A stretch of 64,000 bases of DNA from Nitrospirota bacterium (GCA_963701855.1 CAVPBK010000004.1:192001-256000), one strand, 5' to 3'. Counted from the stretch's first letter, positions 38,628-51,651 are shown. Notes: a model not told the origin generated them from the sequence alone. Program-made: numbers and translations.

Positions 38628-39382
38628 TGGGCTGCTGCCGGTTTCACAGACACCGAGTTAGGTGTATGAATGAAACCGGAGGTAAGGCATGGAGCGACGG
38701 AAGTTTACGCGAGAGTTCAAAGTTGAGGCGGTGAAGTTAATCCAGGAGCGCGGAGTGACGGTGGCGCAAGCCGCGCGGGATTTGGGCGTGCATGGGACGG
38801 TGTTGCGCCGATGGGTGCAGGCGTCTGCCGCCGACGCGACGCAGGCCTTTCCGGGCCAGGGGCAGATGAAACCTGAGCAGGCGGAACTCGCACGGCTCCG
38901 ACGGGAAGTTCTCAAGTTAAAGGCGGAGCGCGACATCTTAAACAAAGCCGTGGTAGGTTCAAGCGATCAATGCAACACCCTCTGGGGTACAGTGGAGTGG
39001 GAGGGTGATCGTGATGGGACAGATCGGGCGGCGAGGCAAGCCTGCGACCGTGTTGCATCACTCCGATCGAGGGAGCCCGTACACCAGTGAGCCCTTCCAG
39101 CGGCTCCTGGTCGACCACGGCGTGACCTGTAGCATGAGCCGAGCCGGCCACTGCTGGGACAATGCCGCGATGGAGAGCTTCTTCTCCTCGCGCAAGACCG
39201 AACGGACGGCGAACAAGACGTACCGCACGCGAGACCAGGCCAAAGCGGACGTGTTCGATTACATCGAGCGCTTCTACAATCCCAGGCGACGGCACTCAAC
39301 GTTGGGGTATCTCAGTCCGATGGAGTTCGAACGCCAGGCGGAATTAGCGTAGGGTGGTGTCCACTAAACCGGCAGCAGCCCA
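38628..39382 (+). mobile_element. Internally deleted IS3-family element
   Basis: TG...CA ends with a 27-bp imperfect inverted repeat (TGGGCTGCTGCCGGTTT...GACACC). orfA starts at 38689 (RKFTREFKVEAVKL); only the orfB tail remains (HHSDRG, WDNAAMESFF, YNPRRRHSTLGYLSP). Confidence 0.9.
38952..39035 (+). mobile_element. Left end and first codons of an IS30-like element nested in the IS3
   Basis: GGTAGGTTCAAGCGATCAATGCAACACC resembles IS30-family ends as I recall them, followed by GGAGG and ATG at 39014 (MGQIGR). Confidence 0.55.
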
Positions 39383-39501
39383 GTTCCTATCGGATGAAGC
39401 TAGGGAACTTCATAGTACCCTCTTCCTCCGAACGGCCTACAGTAATCGGTAACGGTTTCAAAGAAGGCAAATGCCTCTCTGAACGCTTCAAGAGAAGGCA
39501 A

Positions 39502-39651
39502 ATGCCTCTAATAAGCTGTCCCAAGTGTCAGAGTGAAGTAAAACCCATCGAGAGTTGGCGCATTGCCGCTAACCTCAAAGTGGAAGAACCTCCCCAGCCC
39601 ATGTGGGCCTGTCTGAATCCGACCTGCCTACACAAATGGCCAAAGTCGTAG
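39502..39651 (+). CDS. Small Cys-rich (zinc-ribbon-like) protein
   Basis: CPKC...CLNPTC.H.W in 49 aa. Confidence 0.5.
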   Translation: MPLISCPKCQSEVKPIESWRIAANLKVEEPPQPMWACLNPTCLHKWPKS

Positions 39652-41715
39652 ATCGCCTGCTTGTGGACCACCCTACGAAGCTGGCTAAGTTTGAAATGTT
39701 CATGCTTTCGATGAATCGAGAACTAGAGCGCGACGAAGCAAAAGGCTCGAAAGCGGCGTGATTTTAGACTCAGTGTAGGCAGGCTTCCGATGCAGGTCTC
39801 GATTGCGCCTTCATTCCTGTACATTCCGGAACTATTGTCTGGCTTGCTTCAGCTTTTCACTTCCTCTTCAGATGGCGGCTTCTGGTCGCTCTCACTCGCT
39901 TGGCAAGTGGTCGTAGTCTGGCCAGAGGACATACGTTCACACCTGGAATATCAATGATACGGCAAAGCTAAGTATCCCTGATGATATAGGGGAATGCAGA
40001 GAGGCAAACTCTGAGTTAGAACAGGCACGGCCTACTTCAGGTCATGTTCCGATTAAGAACATGGTACCTCGCATTCACTTTCTGTGTTCGTAGCGGATCT
40101 TAGTACACGGTCGTCAGCTTATTATCATTGATGGCTGATAACGAATCCAGATAACTGGTGAGCAAGCCAGACTCTGAAAATGAGAAGTATATCTTTGAAT
40201 TCTGTAGGATTCTCAGTTTGAGAACATCGTGTACGGGCTTTTGTTCTTAAAAGTATTTCGATTCACGTAATCTTCTCTTGTTACAACCTTGTAATACCAG
40301 GGGGTCAGAGGTCAATTTGGGTGGAAGTGCAAATAATCAACCTCCTTCCAAAGACGGCTCGATAGTCTTGGTCCACGATATGCCTCCGACATCTAGCCTC
40401 TCCAGCCCTTCGTTGGGTTTTGCCTCATGCCCTGTGTTGGCTTCATAAGGCCACCCAACATACTCTGATTGTAGATTGACTAGGACCTGCCTGACCAGGC
40501 CAAGATTCGGGATCAAAATTAGTCGAAACCTGTGATATGGAATCGCGTGTACGCCCCTCACCATAAACCCAGCGACAAAGGCGGTAGCCGCGAGTGCGTC
40601 GCCTTACATCAGATATCCTTTCTTCTTCTTCGCGTCGCAGGTGACCGGCTATTCTCTACCGCTGCTTATCCCATTTCCCAGACACGCAATTCGTCTTGTT
40701 GGTCTAGACCGAATGCTGGCATAGCGGCCTCGTAGAGGAGGCCATTCTAGAAGGGGTGCGAACGAGGGCGCAAGGGTCGCAGGCGCGGATCGGGCGAGAT
40801 TCACGGGAAATAGTTATGATTTCGCAGGTAATGATTGAGGACGCTGCAAGTGAGCCGGTACACTTCAGGCGGTATTGAGGCACATCTCACGAATCAAAAT
40901 TTCTTTAACCGCGAGGGCCTCCAGTGGTCCGGCTCATTCTCCCATGTCTATCTCTAACCTATCTAGAACCAGGCAAATAGTCAACAGTCGCCCGGCTGAA
41001 TACTACAACATCTCCGGTCTGCACACGAGAATCTAACATCTCGTGCAACGCTTCAACTGATACGAGGCACCCCTCGATCCTGTAGTGAGAGTCTCAACCC
41101 CGCATCAGATCAGTGTACAGCGGCTGGTCAGACCACGGCTCTTAAAACATCGGAAGCTAACGGCTTCAAGAAGTCTTATAATTGTACTGCGAGACTCGCC
41201 AACCCCACGATTTGGGACTGCCTTGCGATGGTGAGGGGAATGGACAGTCGTTGGAAATTATCAGGAGGTCAACGTGATTGAGGAGCCCAAAGGGAGCCGT
41301 GTTTTGTGGCAACCGCTCAAAGTAGAGGCTCGCGTCTTCGAAGTCTCAAATGAGCAATGGGGAGTGTGTTCGGGAGGCTTCGTATGTTATGCTCATCGAA
41401 AAGAGCGGCAGCATGGCGACATATCTTTGTAGGCCGGTAGACACAGGGGAAACTAGGGCAAGTTACAAAGAAATTGTCCAATGGCTGAGAAACGAAGGCG
41501 CGGCGCACCGTCACGGAAGTTCTCGCTCTTGGACGAAAAGGAAAGTAATAAACTGGTGATCGAATGTACGAGGGAACGAAGACGAACGCGCAAGGTCGCA
41601 GGCGCGGGTCGGCGCACGCATGTCTCGGTGAACAATCAGGCGGAAGGAAACGCGCTTCCGCTCAGTGAGGTTCTTACCGAACCACGGAAGCCATCGCCGT
41701 TAACCGTGCAGAGGG

Positions 41716-41898
41716 TCAATCTAGAATGAGATGTCGGTGTTTGTTGGGCACCGATTCTCCGCAGTCAACGCAGTAAAAGTTGCCCGTGAAACCGCCGAAG
41801 CCGCTAGGCTCCAATTTTAGTGTGAGATGCTCACAGAGTGGTTGACCGCCGCGCTGAGACTCCATCATTCGTACTGCAGTAGCTTGAGCGTTCATCAT
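41716..41898 (-). CDS. Small CxH...CxxC protein
   Basis: GGGGAGGA RBS; CEH...YCVDCG. Confidence 0.6.
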   Translation of the reverse strand: MMNAQATAVRMMESQRGGQPLCEHLTLKLEPSGFGGFTGNFYCVDCGESVPNKHRHLILD

Positions 41899-42135
41899 GA
41901 TATCCTCCCCATGTTCTACAAGCCGACTGTTCTAGACAATTCCAGTTGTTTGTACCGTTTATACAATTCGAAAGGGACTGGGGAGATCCCTAGTTTAACT
42001 GGCCATGTGAATATGCCCAGGCCAATGGGGTGTATGCCTGTTTGACTTCCTCTTTCAATCGGGCGAGGATCGGCGAGCGCTCTAGCGAGCTTGGTGTGTA
42101 GTTGCCTCTACGGGGAAGAAAGGAAGGTGCGGACG

Positions 42136-42348
42136 ATGGGCGAACTCGTGCATGCCTATTCTCTGTACGTCAATCAGCAACGGGTTCCTGAAGTCTTCAC
42201 GACGAGGGAGGAGGCTGAAGAACGAGCCAAGCCTTACCTACAGAGCCAAGCCGCGCTTCAGATCAAGACAACCACGGGGGCAGTTCGTACTTGGAATTAT
42301 AGATACGATCTGAAGCAGTGGGTGGAAATGATGGGGAGGGTGAGCTGA
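42136..42348 (+). CDS. Small hypothetical protein
   Basis: AGGAAGG RBS; 70 aa with F.TREEAE..A and WNY.Y...W. Confidence 0.55.
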   Translation: MGELVHAYSLYVNQQRVPEVFTTREEAEERAKPYLQSQAALQIKTTTGAVRTWNYRYDLKQWVEMMGRVS

Positions 42349-42652
42349 ACCAGAGGCTTGTCTATCCTACCAACGCTTTGACAACTTCCTCGTACCTCAA
42401 CCTCTCCAATCCCTCTCGCAACAGACTCAGCGGTATGCTTTCCCTGTGCACGTACGTCTGACCCTGAACATTCGCCGCAGAGTGTCCGGCGATGATCTCA
42501 CAGAGATTCTGAGGGCAACCAGCGCCGATCAGTTTGCTTATCCCTCCTCTCCCCTGCTATGTTGCGGTTGCCACTTGGCCATGTCGCCTACGGACAACGA
42601 AACACCAGCAAAAGGGGGATAACATGGAGGATCAGGACGGCTTTGGAATCCC

Positions 42653-43398
42653 TTACTCACTCCGATATCTTTGCACCATCTGGTAATAGAACCTATCCGC
42701 CAATGGTTGTACGTTCACACAATCTGCCTGGTTATACGCTAAAAGTCGCTCTCTCGCCTCCTCATCTCGACGATGCCGCCAGCGATTCCAGAGTTGGCTC
42801 GCATTGGCACCGCTCATGTCCCACAGATCAGTGCGACGTGGCATACCGAGTTGGAGCTCAATGGCTTTGAGACCGCCACAATAGCCGAGCTGCCGACCCA
42901 GCAAGCACAGATCGATATGGGGCTGGTCCAGCGGGAAGCCTTGGATACTTGCGAGGAGGACGGGCAAATCGAACAACGTCCCGTTGAAGGTCACGAGTAG
43001 ATCGTACTGGGCCAACTCCTCGCAGAGCCGCCGTCGAGTGAGTAAATCTCCTTCGACCAGCGACGTGCGGCCGCCATGTCCATAGAGTCCCACGACGGTA
43101 ATCTGTCCAAAGGAATTCGTTTCGATGTCGAGGTATACGGCCCGAGGGCGGAGCCATTCGTAGAGTCGCCATTGATCGGTTGCGTGCAGATGGAGAGCGA
43201 AATATCGAGCGTCCTCCTGTGCGCGATGTTCTTCCGCTTGATTCAGCGCGTCATCGTACGAGCGTTCCGGTCGAGACCGATGCCGGGGATGGAGGGGGAA
43301 GAAAGAAAGTCCTTCCAGGATCCAATGCCCCCCTACCACCACCATCGTTCGGTTCTCAGCCTCACTCTGGGCAGGAAACAAAAGGACGACTCAATCAT
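42653..43398 (-). pseudogene. RNase H-like (YprB / RNase_H_2) exonuclease-fold pseudogene
   Basis: YLDIET, LVTFNG..FDLP, GGLKAIE, LLAYN..D. The true N-terminus MIESSFCFLP is in another frame, with TAG at 43335-43333 and a frameshift near 43262. Confidence 0.8.
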
Positions 43399-43547
43399 GT
43401 TAGGCAGCCCAGAGTTAATCGGTGAGTGCCTACACGGTTAATGGCACATTTCCCTCGGCGCGATTATTGACCAACACATACGCTCGCCGGTTCTCTGTTA
43501 CAGCCTTTCCTTGTCAGGGGATGATGTAGGTGTTTGGCCTCCCTTCG

Positions 43548-44165
43548 CTAGACGCAGAGGTGGTCGAACTTGCGAATGAAGCCCTGCTGCAACTGTTGAT
43601 CAGCTTCCAAGGTGTTACCATAGACCTTGATGTACTCAAGTAGGGCCGCTTGAAAGTTGTTTCGATAGAGGATTCGGTTTGCCACATCAGCAATAATGCC
43701 ATTGGGGCCTTCCTCAAGTATGCGCCACCCGTTCGTTGATCGCGCTTCATGTAGTAGGCCACACCGCACTCCCACGTAAAAGTCTTGTGCGGATGTCGCG
43801 TCGAAGGTGGCGGAGAATGGTTCTCGGATTTGAAGGAATTCGACAATGAGGTTTTGGCTATTTACATACTCGTGCGCCTGTAAGGTTTCCCCCAGCTTAA
43901 GATACCGATAGTTGGAGCCCTGGGCGGTGGATTCTAGAAACTCGATAAGACAGCAGAGAATGCTGACGATGGAGAAGCCCTCTCCTTGTAACGTACCCAT
44001 ACCTTGCAGAACTTTGATTTGAGATAGGTAGCGCAAGTTAATGCGTGTCTCGAAGTAGTCTGAAAATGCCTCACGCCACGCACCAGCGTCGTTTTTCCTG
44101 AGTCGCTCGCGCATCGCGCACCAGTCCACAGGTGCCTTCTCCGCGATGAAGCTATCCTCATTCAT
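43548..44165 (-). CDS. Hypothetical all-helical protein with RxxxxH motif (HEPN-like)
   Basis: GFSIVSILCCLIEFL...FYVGVRCGLLHE; start taken at MNEDSF. Confidence 0.7.
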   Translation of the reverse strand: MNEDSFIAEKAPVDWCAMRERLRKNDAGAWREAFSDYFETRINLRYLSQIKVLQGMGTLQGEGFSIVSILCCLIEFLESTAQGSNYRYLKLGETLQAHEYVNSQNLIVEFLQIREPFSATFDATSAQDFYVGVRCGLLHEARSTNGWRILEEGPNGIIADVANRILYRNNFQAALLEYIKVYGNTLEADQQLQQGFIRKFDHLCV

Positions 44166-44225
44166 GCTCTTTGATTCTGCCTCAGAAATCTGAACGTTGT
44201 TGATTGGTTGAATAGTGGGCAATCC

Positions 44226-44561
44226 TCACGCCGATTCATCCCCGTTGTCAAGCGACCGGGCCGTAGGTGGTCGCGGGGCACCGGAGACGCCGTGGCTCGC
44301 TGTACAGGCCGCGCGGATCAAGCCGCGCACCCGCTGATCCTCCAACGCTCGATCGGAGAGAGGGGTACGCAACCCTTCATCGAACCCGCTGCGCGACACG
44401 TCTAGGAGACGGCACCGTACTGCCGTCTCCAACTCACGACGCTGTGCCTTGATGAACGCGGACGTCACTCGGATACCCTGCGATCTGCGCCGATTGCTCC
44501 TAGGTCACCCCTTGTTCGAACGACCACCCCAAAGGTGTCCGTTAAAACCTGAGAAGTCCCC
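44226..44561 (-). mobile_element. Degraded IS3-family remnant
   Basis: orfB N-terminal fragment CRLLDVSRSGF...ASHGV.GAPR, plus a terminal-repeat-like sequence at 44534-44561. Confidence 0.7.
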
Positions 44562-44625
44562 CTTCGTGTAAACGAACTCACGAAGGTCGAAGAGCAAGCG
44601 GGATATAAAATATTGAACTCCATGG

Positions 44626-46266
44626 TCAAGTTGAGCGCTCTTTGTATTTCCGGTAGAGCCGGATGAGCGTGTTGGTGGAACTGTCGTGCTTGAGTGCAGA
44701 CTCGGACTTGCTCTCCAGTTCTGGGATGATGCGCCCGGCAAGTACTTTCCCCAGTTCAACGCCCCACTGGTCAAACGAATCAATGTGCCAGATGGTCCCT
44801 TGCACAAACACGCTGTGTTCGTACAGCGCAATGAGCGCTCCCAGGGTCTTCGGGGTCAGCCGCTCTAGAAGAAGCGTACTGGACGGACGGTTGCCTTCGA
44901 AGCTCCGGTGTGGAACCAACCAAGCCGGTGTGCCCTCGGCTTGAACCTCCTGCGGTGTCTTCCCAAATGCCAGTGCCTCTGCCTGGGCAAACACGTTGGC
45001 CAAGAGCAAGTCGTGGTGGCGACCAAGAGGGTTCAGCGGCTGAGCAAGCGCGATAAAATCGCACGGGATGAGTTTGGTCCCTTGATGAATCAGTTGGTAG
45101 AAGGAATGCTGACCGTTGGTTCCAGGCTCCCCCAAATAGATGGGCCCGGTTTGGTAGGCGACCTCTGCCCCGTCAAGCGTGGCGTGCTTACCATTGCTCT
45201 CCATGGTCAACTGCTGGAGGTATGCCGGAAAGCGCTTCAGGTATTGCTCATATGGCAGGACCGCCATGGTCTGTGCATCGAAAAAGTTATTGTACCAGAG
45301 GGCCAAGAGTCCCATGAGCACCGGCAGGTTGCGCTCGAACGGAGTCGTGCGGAAATGCTCGTCCATCTGATGGAACCCGTCGAGCATGGTGTGGAACTGT
45401 TCGGGGCCGATGGCGATCATCGTCGAAAGACCGATTGCCGAGTCCATTGAGTAGCGCCCGCCGACCCAATCCCAAAACTTGAACATATTGGCGGTGTCGA
45501 TCCCGAACTGCGCCACTTCTTCGGTGTTGGTTGAGACCGCAACAAAATGTTTGGCGACAGCTGTGGGATGTTTCAACGTCTTGAGAGCCCAGTCGCGCGC
45601 CGTGCGCGCGTTGGTCATCGTCTCCAGCGTCGTGAAGGTCTTCGACGAAACGATGAACAGGGTCTCTTCGGCATCGAGGTCTCGCGTGGCCTCGACGAAA
45701 TCGGTGCCATCGATGTTGGAGACGAAGCGAAAGGCCAAATCGCGCTGGCTATAGTGTCGCAACGCCTCATACGCCATCACCGGCCCCAGGTCAGATCCAC
45801 CAATGCCGATATTGATGACGTTGCGGATCGGTTTGCCGGTATGGCCTTTCCATTCCCCACTGCGCACCCGGTTGGAGAAATTGGCCATTTTCGCAAGCAC
45901 GGCGTGGACCTGAGACACGACGTTCTTACCGTCCACGATGATAGAGTGCCCTTTGGGAGCGCGCAGGGCCACATGCAGGACAGCCCGCTTCTCCGTGACG
46001 TTGATTTTGTCCCCGCGAAACATGGCATCGATGCGGGCCCGCAGACCGGATTCCTCTGCCAATTGCAGCAAGAGTGTGAGCGTCTCATCGGTAATGCGGT
46101 GCTTCGAATAGTCGAAATAGATGCCAACGGCATCGACCGCCATACGCTCCCCGCGGGTGGCATCCTCCGCGAAGAGTGTCCGAAGATGGAGATGTCGGAC
46201 CAGTGAGTAATGGGCGGCCAGGGCCTTCCACGCTACGCGTGTGGCGAGTGGAGCGATTGCTGTCAT
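44626..46266 (-). CDS. pgi: Glucose-6-phosphate isomerase
   Basis: [46 protein letters not shown]. Confidence 0.97.
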   Translation of the reverse strand: MTAIAPLATRVAWKALAAHYSLVRHLHLRTLFAEDATRGERMAVDAVGIYFDYSKHRITDETLTLLLQLAEESGLRARIDAMFRGDKINVTEKRAVLHVALRAPKGHSIIVDGKNVVSQVHAVLAKMANFSNRVRSGEWKGHTGKPIRNVINIGIGGSDLGPVMAYEALRHYSQRDLAFRFVSNIDGTDFVEATRDLDAEETLFIVSSKTFTTLETMTNARTARDWALKTLKHPTAVAKHFVAVSTNTEEVAQFGIDTANMFKFWDWVGGRYSMDSAIGLSTMIAIGPEQFHTMLDGFHQMDEHFRTTPFERNLPVLMGLLALWYNNFFDAQTMAVLPYEQYLKRFPAYLQQLTMESNGKHATLDGAEVAYQTGPIYLGEPGTNGQHSFYQLIHQGTKLIPCDFIALAQPLNPLGRHHDLLLANVFAQAEALAFGKTPQEVQAEGTPAWLVPHRSFEGNRPSSTLLLERLTPKTLGALIALYEHSVFVQGTIWHIDSFDQWGVELGKVLAGRIIPELESKSESALKHDSSTNTLIRLYRKYKERST

Positions 46267-46487
46267 GCTACTTCCCCTTCGGTTTGCGGCTCATTGATCC
46301 AGGACCGGACAATGGCCAAAAACTGGTCGGCCTCACGTTTGTCCAGTGTTTCATCGACAGATAAGATCACGTTGAGACCAGTGGTAGAACAACTCGAAAA
46401 CGCATTCCTTCTCGCACCTTCATATCTGTGTCGCTAGGGTCAAGGATTAGAACGCTCATGCCGGGTGAAATTTCATATTGTGTCGAG

Positions 46488-48023
46488 TCACGAATTCTTT
46501 CCCTTCTTCTTCCGCTGTCGCACCAATTCGGTTGGCAATGGCCAACTGTGCCCTTGAGCCAGTAGCCCTTGCGCATCCTGCGGCCCCCACGTGCCGGCGG
46601 CGTAGTTGGGGAAATCACCGGGCGGTGCCACAGCCCAGACCTCAAGCACCGGCATCAGCAGCCGCCAGGCCGCTTCCACCTGGTCGGCGCGCATGAACAG
46701 CGTGGCGTCACTCTTCATGACATCCCAGAGTAAAGTCTCATACGCGCCCGGCGACCGGGCAGCAAACGTATCCTGGTAATTGAACTTCATCTCCACCGAC
46801 CGCAGGTGCATTTTGGGCCCGGGGTGTTTGGCCTGAAAGCGCAGCACGATGCCCTCGTCGGGGTGGATGGACATCGTCAGACGGGACGCCTGCCAATCGA
46901 GAGTCGCCTCGGGTGGAAACGACTGATGCGGCACGCTGCGGAATTGGATGACAATTTCCGAGGCCTGTCGGGTGAGCCGCTTTCCGGTACGGAGGTAGAA
47001 CGGCACGTCCTGCCAGCGCCAGTTGTCGAGGAACAGCCGGAGCGCGACAAACGTCTCAGTTTGAGAATCAGGCGGCACATCATCTTCTTCCCGATAGCCA
47101 CGCACGTTCTTGCCGCCGACCCACCCCAGGCCGTATTGCCCGCGCACCACGTGTTGATGGACGACGTCCGGGTGAATCGGACGAATGGCGTGGAGCACAT
47201 CCACTTTCTTGTTGCGAATCTCATCGGCATTGAACGAGACCATCGGTTCCATGGCCACGAGACACAGGAGTTGCATCAGGTGATTTTGCACCATGTCGCG
47301 CAGCGCGCCCGTGTGGTCGTAATAGCCCCCCCGATGTTCGATCCCCACCTCTTCAGCGGCGGTGATGGTCACATACTCCACATACCGCCGATTCCAGAGC
47401 GGCTCGAAAATTGGATTGGCAAACCGGAATGCCAGAATGTTCTGGACCGTCTCCTTGCCCAAGTAATGGTCGATGCGGAAGATCTGGGATTCCTCGAAAT
47501 TGGCGGCAAGAATGGCGTTCAAGGCGCGGGCGGATTCCAGGCCATAGCCGATCGGTTTTTCAACCACAATCCTTGTCCACTCCCGGTCAAGCGCCAACCC
47601 AGCCTTGCCAAGGTATTTTGGGATTTCACCGAACAGGCTCGGCGGCGTGGCCATGTAAAAGATGCGATGGGCTTTGGTACCCCATTCCTTTTCCAGCTTC
47701 GCACAGTGCTCACCTAACGTCGTATACGTGTGGAGCTTCTTGAAATCGCCCCGCTGATAGTGGAGATGCCTGGCAAACTCGCGCCATGCGCCGCTTTTCA
47801 CCACTTTGTGGCGGGCGAACTTCTTGACGCCGGCGTGGAGCCGCCGGCGCAGCGTTTCGTCGCTGACGTCCACGCGATCCACCGCGATGACCGAGAAATC
47901 AGCAGGCAGACTGCGGTCCTCGGAGAGGTCAAACAAGGCCGGCACGAGTTTCCGCCAGGTCAAGTCACCGGCTCCGCCAAAAATGACAAAGATCGTCGGT
48001 TCGATGTGGTCATCCGGTTTCAT
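46488..48023 (-). CDS. zwf: Glucose-6-phosphate 1-dehydrogenase
   Basis: [34 protein letters not shown]; start at MKPDD. Confidence 0.97.
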   Translation of the reverse strand: MKPDDHIEPTIFVIFGGAGDLTWRKLVPALFDLSEDRSLPADFSVIAVDRVDVSDETLRRRLHAGVKKFARHKVVKSGAWREFARHLHYQRGDFKKLHTYTTLGEHCAKLEKEWGTKAHRIFYMATPPSLFGEIPKYLGKAGLALDREWTRIVVEKPIGYGLESARALNAILAANFEESQIFRIDHYLGKETVQNILAFRFANPIFEPLWNRRYVEYVTITAAEEVGIEHRGGYYDHTGALRDMVQNHLMQLLCLVAMEPMVSFNADEIRNKKVDVLHAIRPIHPDVVHQHVVRGQYGLGWVGGKNVRGYREEDDVPPDSQTETFVALRLFLDNWRWQDVPFYLRTGKRLTRQASEIVIQFRSVPHQSFPPEATLDWQASRLTMSIHPDEGIVLRFQAKHPGPKMHLRSVEMKFNYQDTFAARSPGAYETLLWDVMKSDATLFMRADQVEAAWRLLMPVLEVWAVAPPGDFPNYAAGTWGPQDAQGLLAQGHSWPLPTELVRQRKKKGKNS

Positions 48024-48117
48024 CGTTCTCCCACCTTTTCCCGTTTCGAGGTTCGTCACACGCGGATCGCTGTTCAGCGTGGCCGCGCTCGTCACATCAG
48101 AGACCCTCATTCACACG

Positions 48118-48993
48118 TTACTTCGAGAGCAGTTTGCGGATAGATTTCAATTCCCGCCGACGTTTCTCGGTAGTCTTGGGATAAGCCATGTTCAGTCCAT
48201 TGAGCGCATCAAGAATAATTTGGGACACAATCAACCGGGCATTCTCCTTATCATCGGCGGGCACGACGTACCAGGGCGCGTGATGGGTACTGGTCGCGTT
48301 CAGGCACGCCTCATACGCCTTCCTGTACTGCTTCCAGTATTTTCGCTCGTGAATGTCCGCGAGGCTAAATTTCCAGTTCTTATCGGGGTCATCGATGCGC
48401 GCCAGGAAGCGCGTTCGCTGTTCCTCCTCCGACAGGTGCAGAAAAAACTTGATGACTCGCGTGCCGTTCCGGTAGAGATGGTTTTCCAGGTCCACGATGG
48501 AGCGATACCGCTCATTCCAGATGGAGCGCTCGTCGAGCAACGAGTCCGGCAGCCCCTGAGTGCGCAGGATTTCCGGATGCACCCGGACGATCAGCACTTC
48601 CTCGTAATAGGAGCGGTTGAAGATACCGATGCGGCCACGTTCCGGCAGAGAACGGGTGGTGCGCCACAGAAAGTCGTGCTCCAGTTCCGTCGCACTCGGG
48701 TGTGTGAAGCTGAACACCTGGCAGCCTTGTGGATTGACACCGGACATCACATGTCGGATGACGCCGTCCTTTCCGGCGGCATCCATCGCCTGAAAAATCA
48801 ACAGGACCGCATGGCGGTTGGACGCATAGAGCAGACGTTGCAGCTCGCTCAACTCCTCCACCTGTTTCTGGAGGAATTTGCTGTACTCCTTCTTCGACTT
48901 GTACAGAGACTTCACAAGCGTCGGCCACTTTTTGAGGTTGAACTTTTTCCTTGCCGGCACCCGGAATTCCTTGGAATTGATATTCATCTTCAT
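48118..48993 (-). CDS. ppk2: Polyphosphate kinase 2 family (class III-like)
   Basis: [31 protein letters not shown]...[14 protein letters not shown]. Confidence 0.93.
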   Translation of the reverse strand: MKMNINSKEFRVPARKKFNLKKWPTLVKSLYKSKKEYSKFLQKQVEELSELQRLLYASNRHAVLLIFQAMDAAGKDGVIRHVMSGVNPQGCQVFSFTHPSATELEHDFLWRTTRSLPERGRIGIFNRSYYEEVLIVRVHPEILRTQGLPDSLLDERSIWNERYRSIVDLENHLYRNGTRVIKFFLHLSEEEQRTRFLARIDDPDKNWKFSLADIHERKYWKQYRKAYEACLNATSTHHAPWYVVPADDKENARLIVSQIILDALNGLNMAYPKTTEKRRRELKSIRKLLSK

Positions 48994-49158
48994 GATTTGA
49001 CCCTGCTTAATCCCTCCACGCTTCGGTTTTGCACTTCATGTTTGCTCTCGCCAATACACCGGCAGCTTAATTTAGGCACACGTCTTCCCCGCCGGCACTT
49101 TCCCTTTCTGCCTTTCGCCATGACGGACAAGAAATATTTTCCAGCGCATAGCCGCCTT

Positions 49159-51651
49159 CTAGGCCACCGCCGCAGGAACGAGACGTTTGATCATCACGAC
49201 CTTCACGGCGTCGTTCACGACAAGGCATGAGACCATCGCATAGACGAAAATCGCGAGCATCTGCCACCAGGGCAATGGCGTCACTCCCGGGAGATACAAT
49301 AAACGTCAGGACGGTGCCGACGAGCACTTCCACCACAGCAGCAATCACAACAGCCCTACTGGGCATCGTCGCCCAGAACCAGCGGCGCTCCCGCGCGGAT
49401 ACGATGGAGAACGCGGCAAAGTAGAGCAGAGTGAGGAAACTGAAGGTGTAGAGGGCATCGTCGCTTGTTGCCAATCCGAAAGGTGACCAGCAGCTCCACA
49501 AGACGAGAAGCGACTCCGCGACCATCAAGGTGCCCAGCACCACGGACACGGTGATGAAGCCCCCAATGTTCCACGTCTCCGGTTTCTTGGACGGTCGAAC
49601 GCGGTCGGTGGCCAGGGAAATCTTTGCGAAGTCTGTTACGAAAATCAGCAGCAGCATCGCAAAGGCGGACATGATGAACTTGCCGGTCACCATGAACGCG
49701 ATGGCCACAAAGGCCGTCTTCAGGATCGTCCGGCTGATCTTGTTGATGATGTAGGTCAGGATGCGCTGGTAGATCATCCGCCCCTGCTCGACCAGCGCCA
49801 CAATATTCGTCAAGCCCGGTTCGGTCAGGACGACGCTTGCGGCGCCCTTGGCCACGTCGGTCGCGGCACTGACGGCGATGCCGACCTCGGCTTGGCGCAG
49901 TGCTGGTGCATCGTTGACGCCGTCGCCCGTCATGCCGGTGACATGCCCCGCGGCCTGCAGGTGCTGCACCACGATATATTTGTCCTCCGGAAATACCTCC
50001 GCAAAACCATCGGTGCCAGGGAAAAGATCCCCCGTCTTGTCGCCCGCCTGCGCGCTCGCGGCCTTCAGGTCCGCCATGCGCCGGATGATGGGCAGCCCGA
50101 CGCCGCGCGCGATTTCACCGGCGACCGCCAATGCATCGCCGGTGAGCATCTTCACCGAAACGCCGAGCTCATGGAGTGCGGCGATGAGTTGCTTGGCGTC
50201 CGGTCGAGGCGGGTCATATAACGTCACCAATCCGACCAATGCCGGCGCGCCCGTCTCGGGGCCTCGCGCTACCGCCAGCGTCCGATAGCCCTTCGCGGCC
50301 GATTCGCTGACGCGGGCCTCCAACGCCTCGATTGCCGGGGGCTGCAGTCCGCAGACTTCGGCGACGGTTCGCACAGCGCCTTTCATCACGCGAAAATGCT
50401 GCCCGTTCTGCTCGGCCACGGCTTCCGTACGCCGGTTTTTCGTATCAAACGGCGCGAAGGAGACGGGCGTGACCTTGGGGAGGCTGTCGAAAATGTGCCG
50501 CTCCTTTGCCACGGCCAGGAACGCGAGGTCAATCGGATCCTGGTTGGCCTCCTGCGACGCGAGGGCGCCGGCAAACAGCACGTCGGCTTCCGTCGCCTGC
50601 TCCAGCGGAATCACGCCGGTGACGGCCAGTTGGTTCATCGTGATTGTGCCCGTCTTGTCCACGCAGAGCACGTCCATGGTTGCCGCATCCTCCGCGGCGC
50701 TGAGGCGTGTGACCAGCACGCCGCGCTTGGCCAGCTCCTTCGACCCGACGGCCATGCTAACCGTGAACATGACGGGAAGGGAGAGCGGGATCGCACTCAT
50801 GAATAGGATGAGCATGAGCGGGACCACCTCGATGAGCGGCGTGCCGCGTACAAAAGACATGACGACCACTATGCCCACCAGCGCACCGACGACGAGGAAG
50901 AGCCACCGCACGACCTTGGCCATCACCGCATCAATGTGGAGCTTCGGTCGCGCCTGCTGGACGAGTTCCGTCGTGCGGCCAAATAGGTCTTTGCCCCGGT
51001 CAGCATGACTACGCCGTTGCCCTCGCCTCGGCGCACGATAGAACCCGATGAGAGTACGTCGCCGGAGGCCTTATCGGCATCCTTTGACTCGCCCGTGAGG
51101 GCGGACTGGTCAATGCTCATCGTTCCGGTGAGGAGTTTCACGTCTGCGGGAATGATGTCGCCGGGACGTACCCGGACAATGTCACCAGGGACCAACTCCC
51201 GAGAGGGAATCACCTGCCAGTTAGCCTCGCGCAGCACGCGAGCACTCACCTGCAACCGTCGGCGCAATGTCTCGACGACACCGGCGGCCCGGCGCTCCTG
51301 CATAAAACTCACCACGGCATTGACGACCAGTAGCGTGCTCACCACCGCGAGGTCCGGGTATTTACGGAGGACGGCTGACAGGACCATGATCAGTTCGAGC
51401 ATCCATGCCGACACGCCCCAGAATTTTCCGAGGAATCTCAGGATCGGATGCCCCTGTTGTTCGGGCACTTCGTTGTAGCCGTTCTCCTTCCGGCGGATGT
51501 CCACATCGGCATGTGCAAGTCCAATATCGGGATTGACTTTGAGCGTCGCGAGCGTATCCGGAACCGACCCGGAGGCGATGTCAGGGGGCTTGGTGTTTGC
51601 TGGCTTCGCGGAGGCCAGCTCGGCTTCGAGTTTATTTGGGGTCGTTCGCAT
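49159..51651 (-). pseudogene. P-type (P3A-like) plasma-membrane H+-ATPase with two frameshifts
   Basis: DQSALTGES, DKTGT, KGA, DPPR, MLTGD, TGDGVNDAPAL, TDFAK. One T is missing at about 50982 (TYFGRT expected) and a second shift lies near 49295; the shifted frame LPGVTPLPWWQ... stops at 49159. Confidence 0.85.

Noticed and set aside
39457..39509. ~22-nt direct repeat containing AGAAGGCAAATGCCTCT
   Set aside because: Only two copies; looks like a local duplication of a start region.
46263..46460. Short frame ending ...[15 protein letters not shown] overlapping the pgi start
   Set aside because: Possibly a gene remnant, but no start or family could be assigned.
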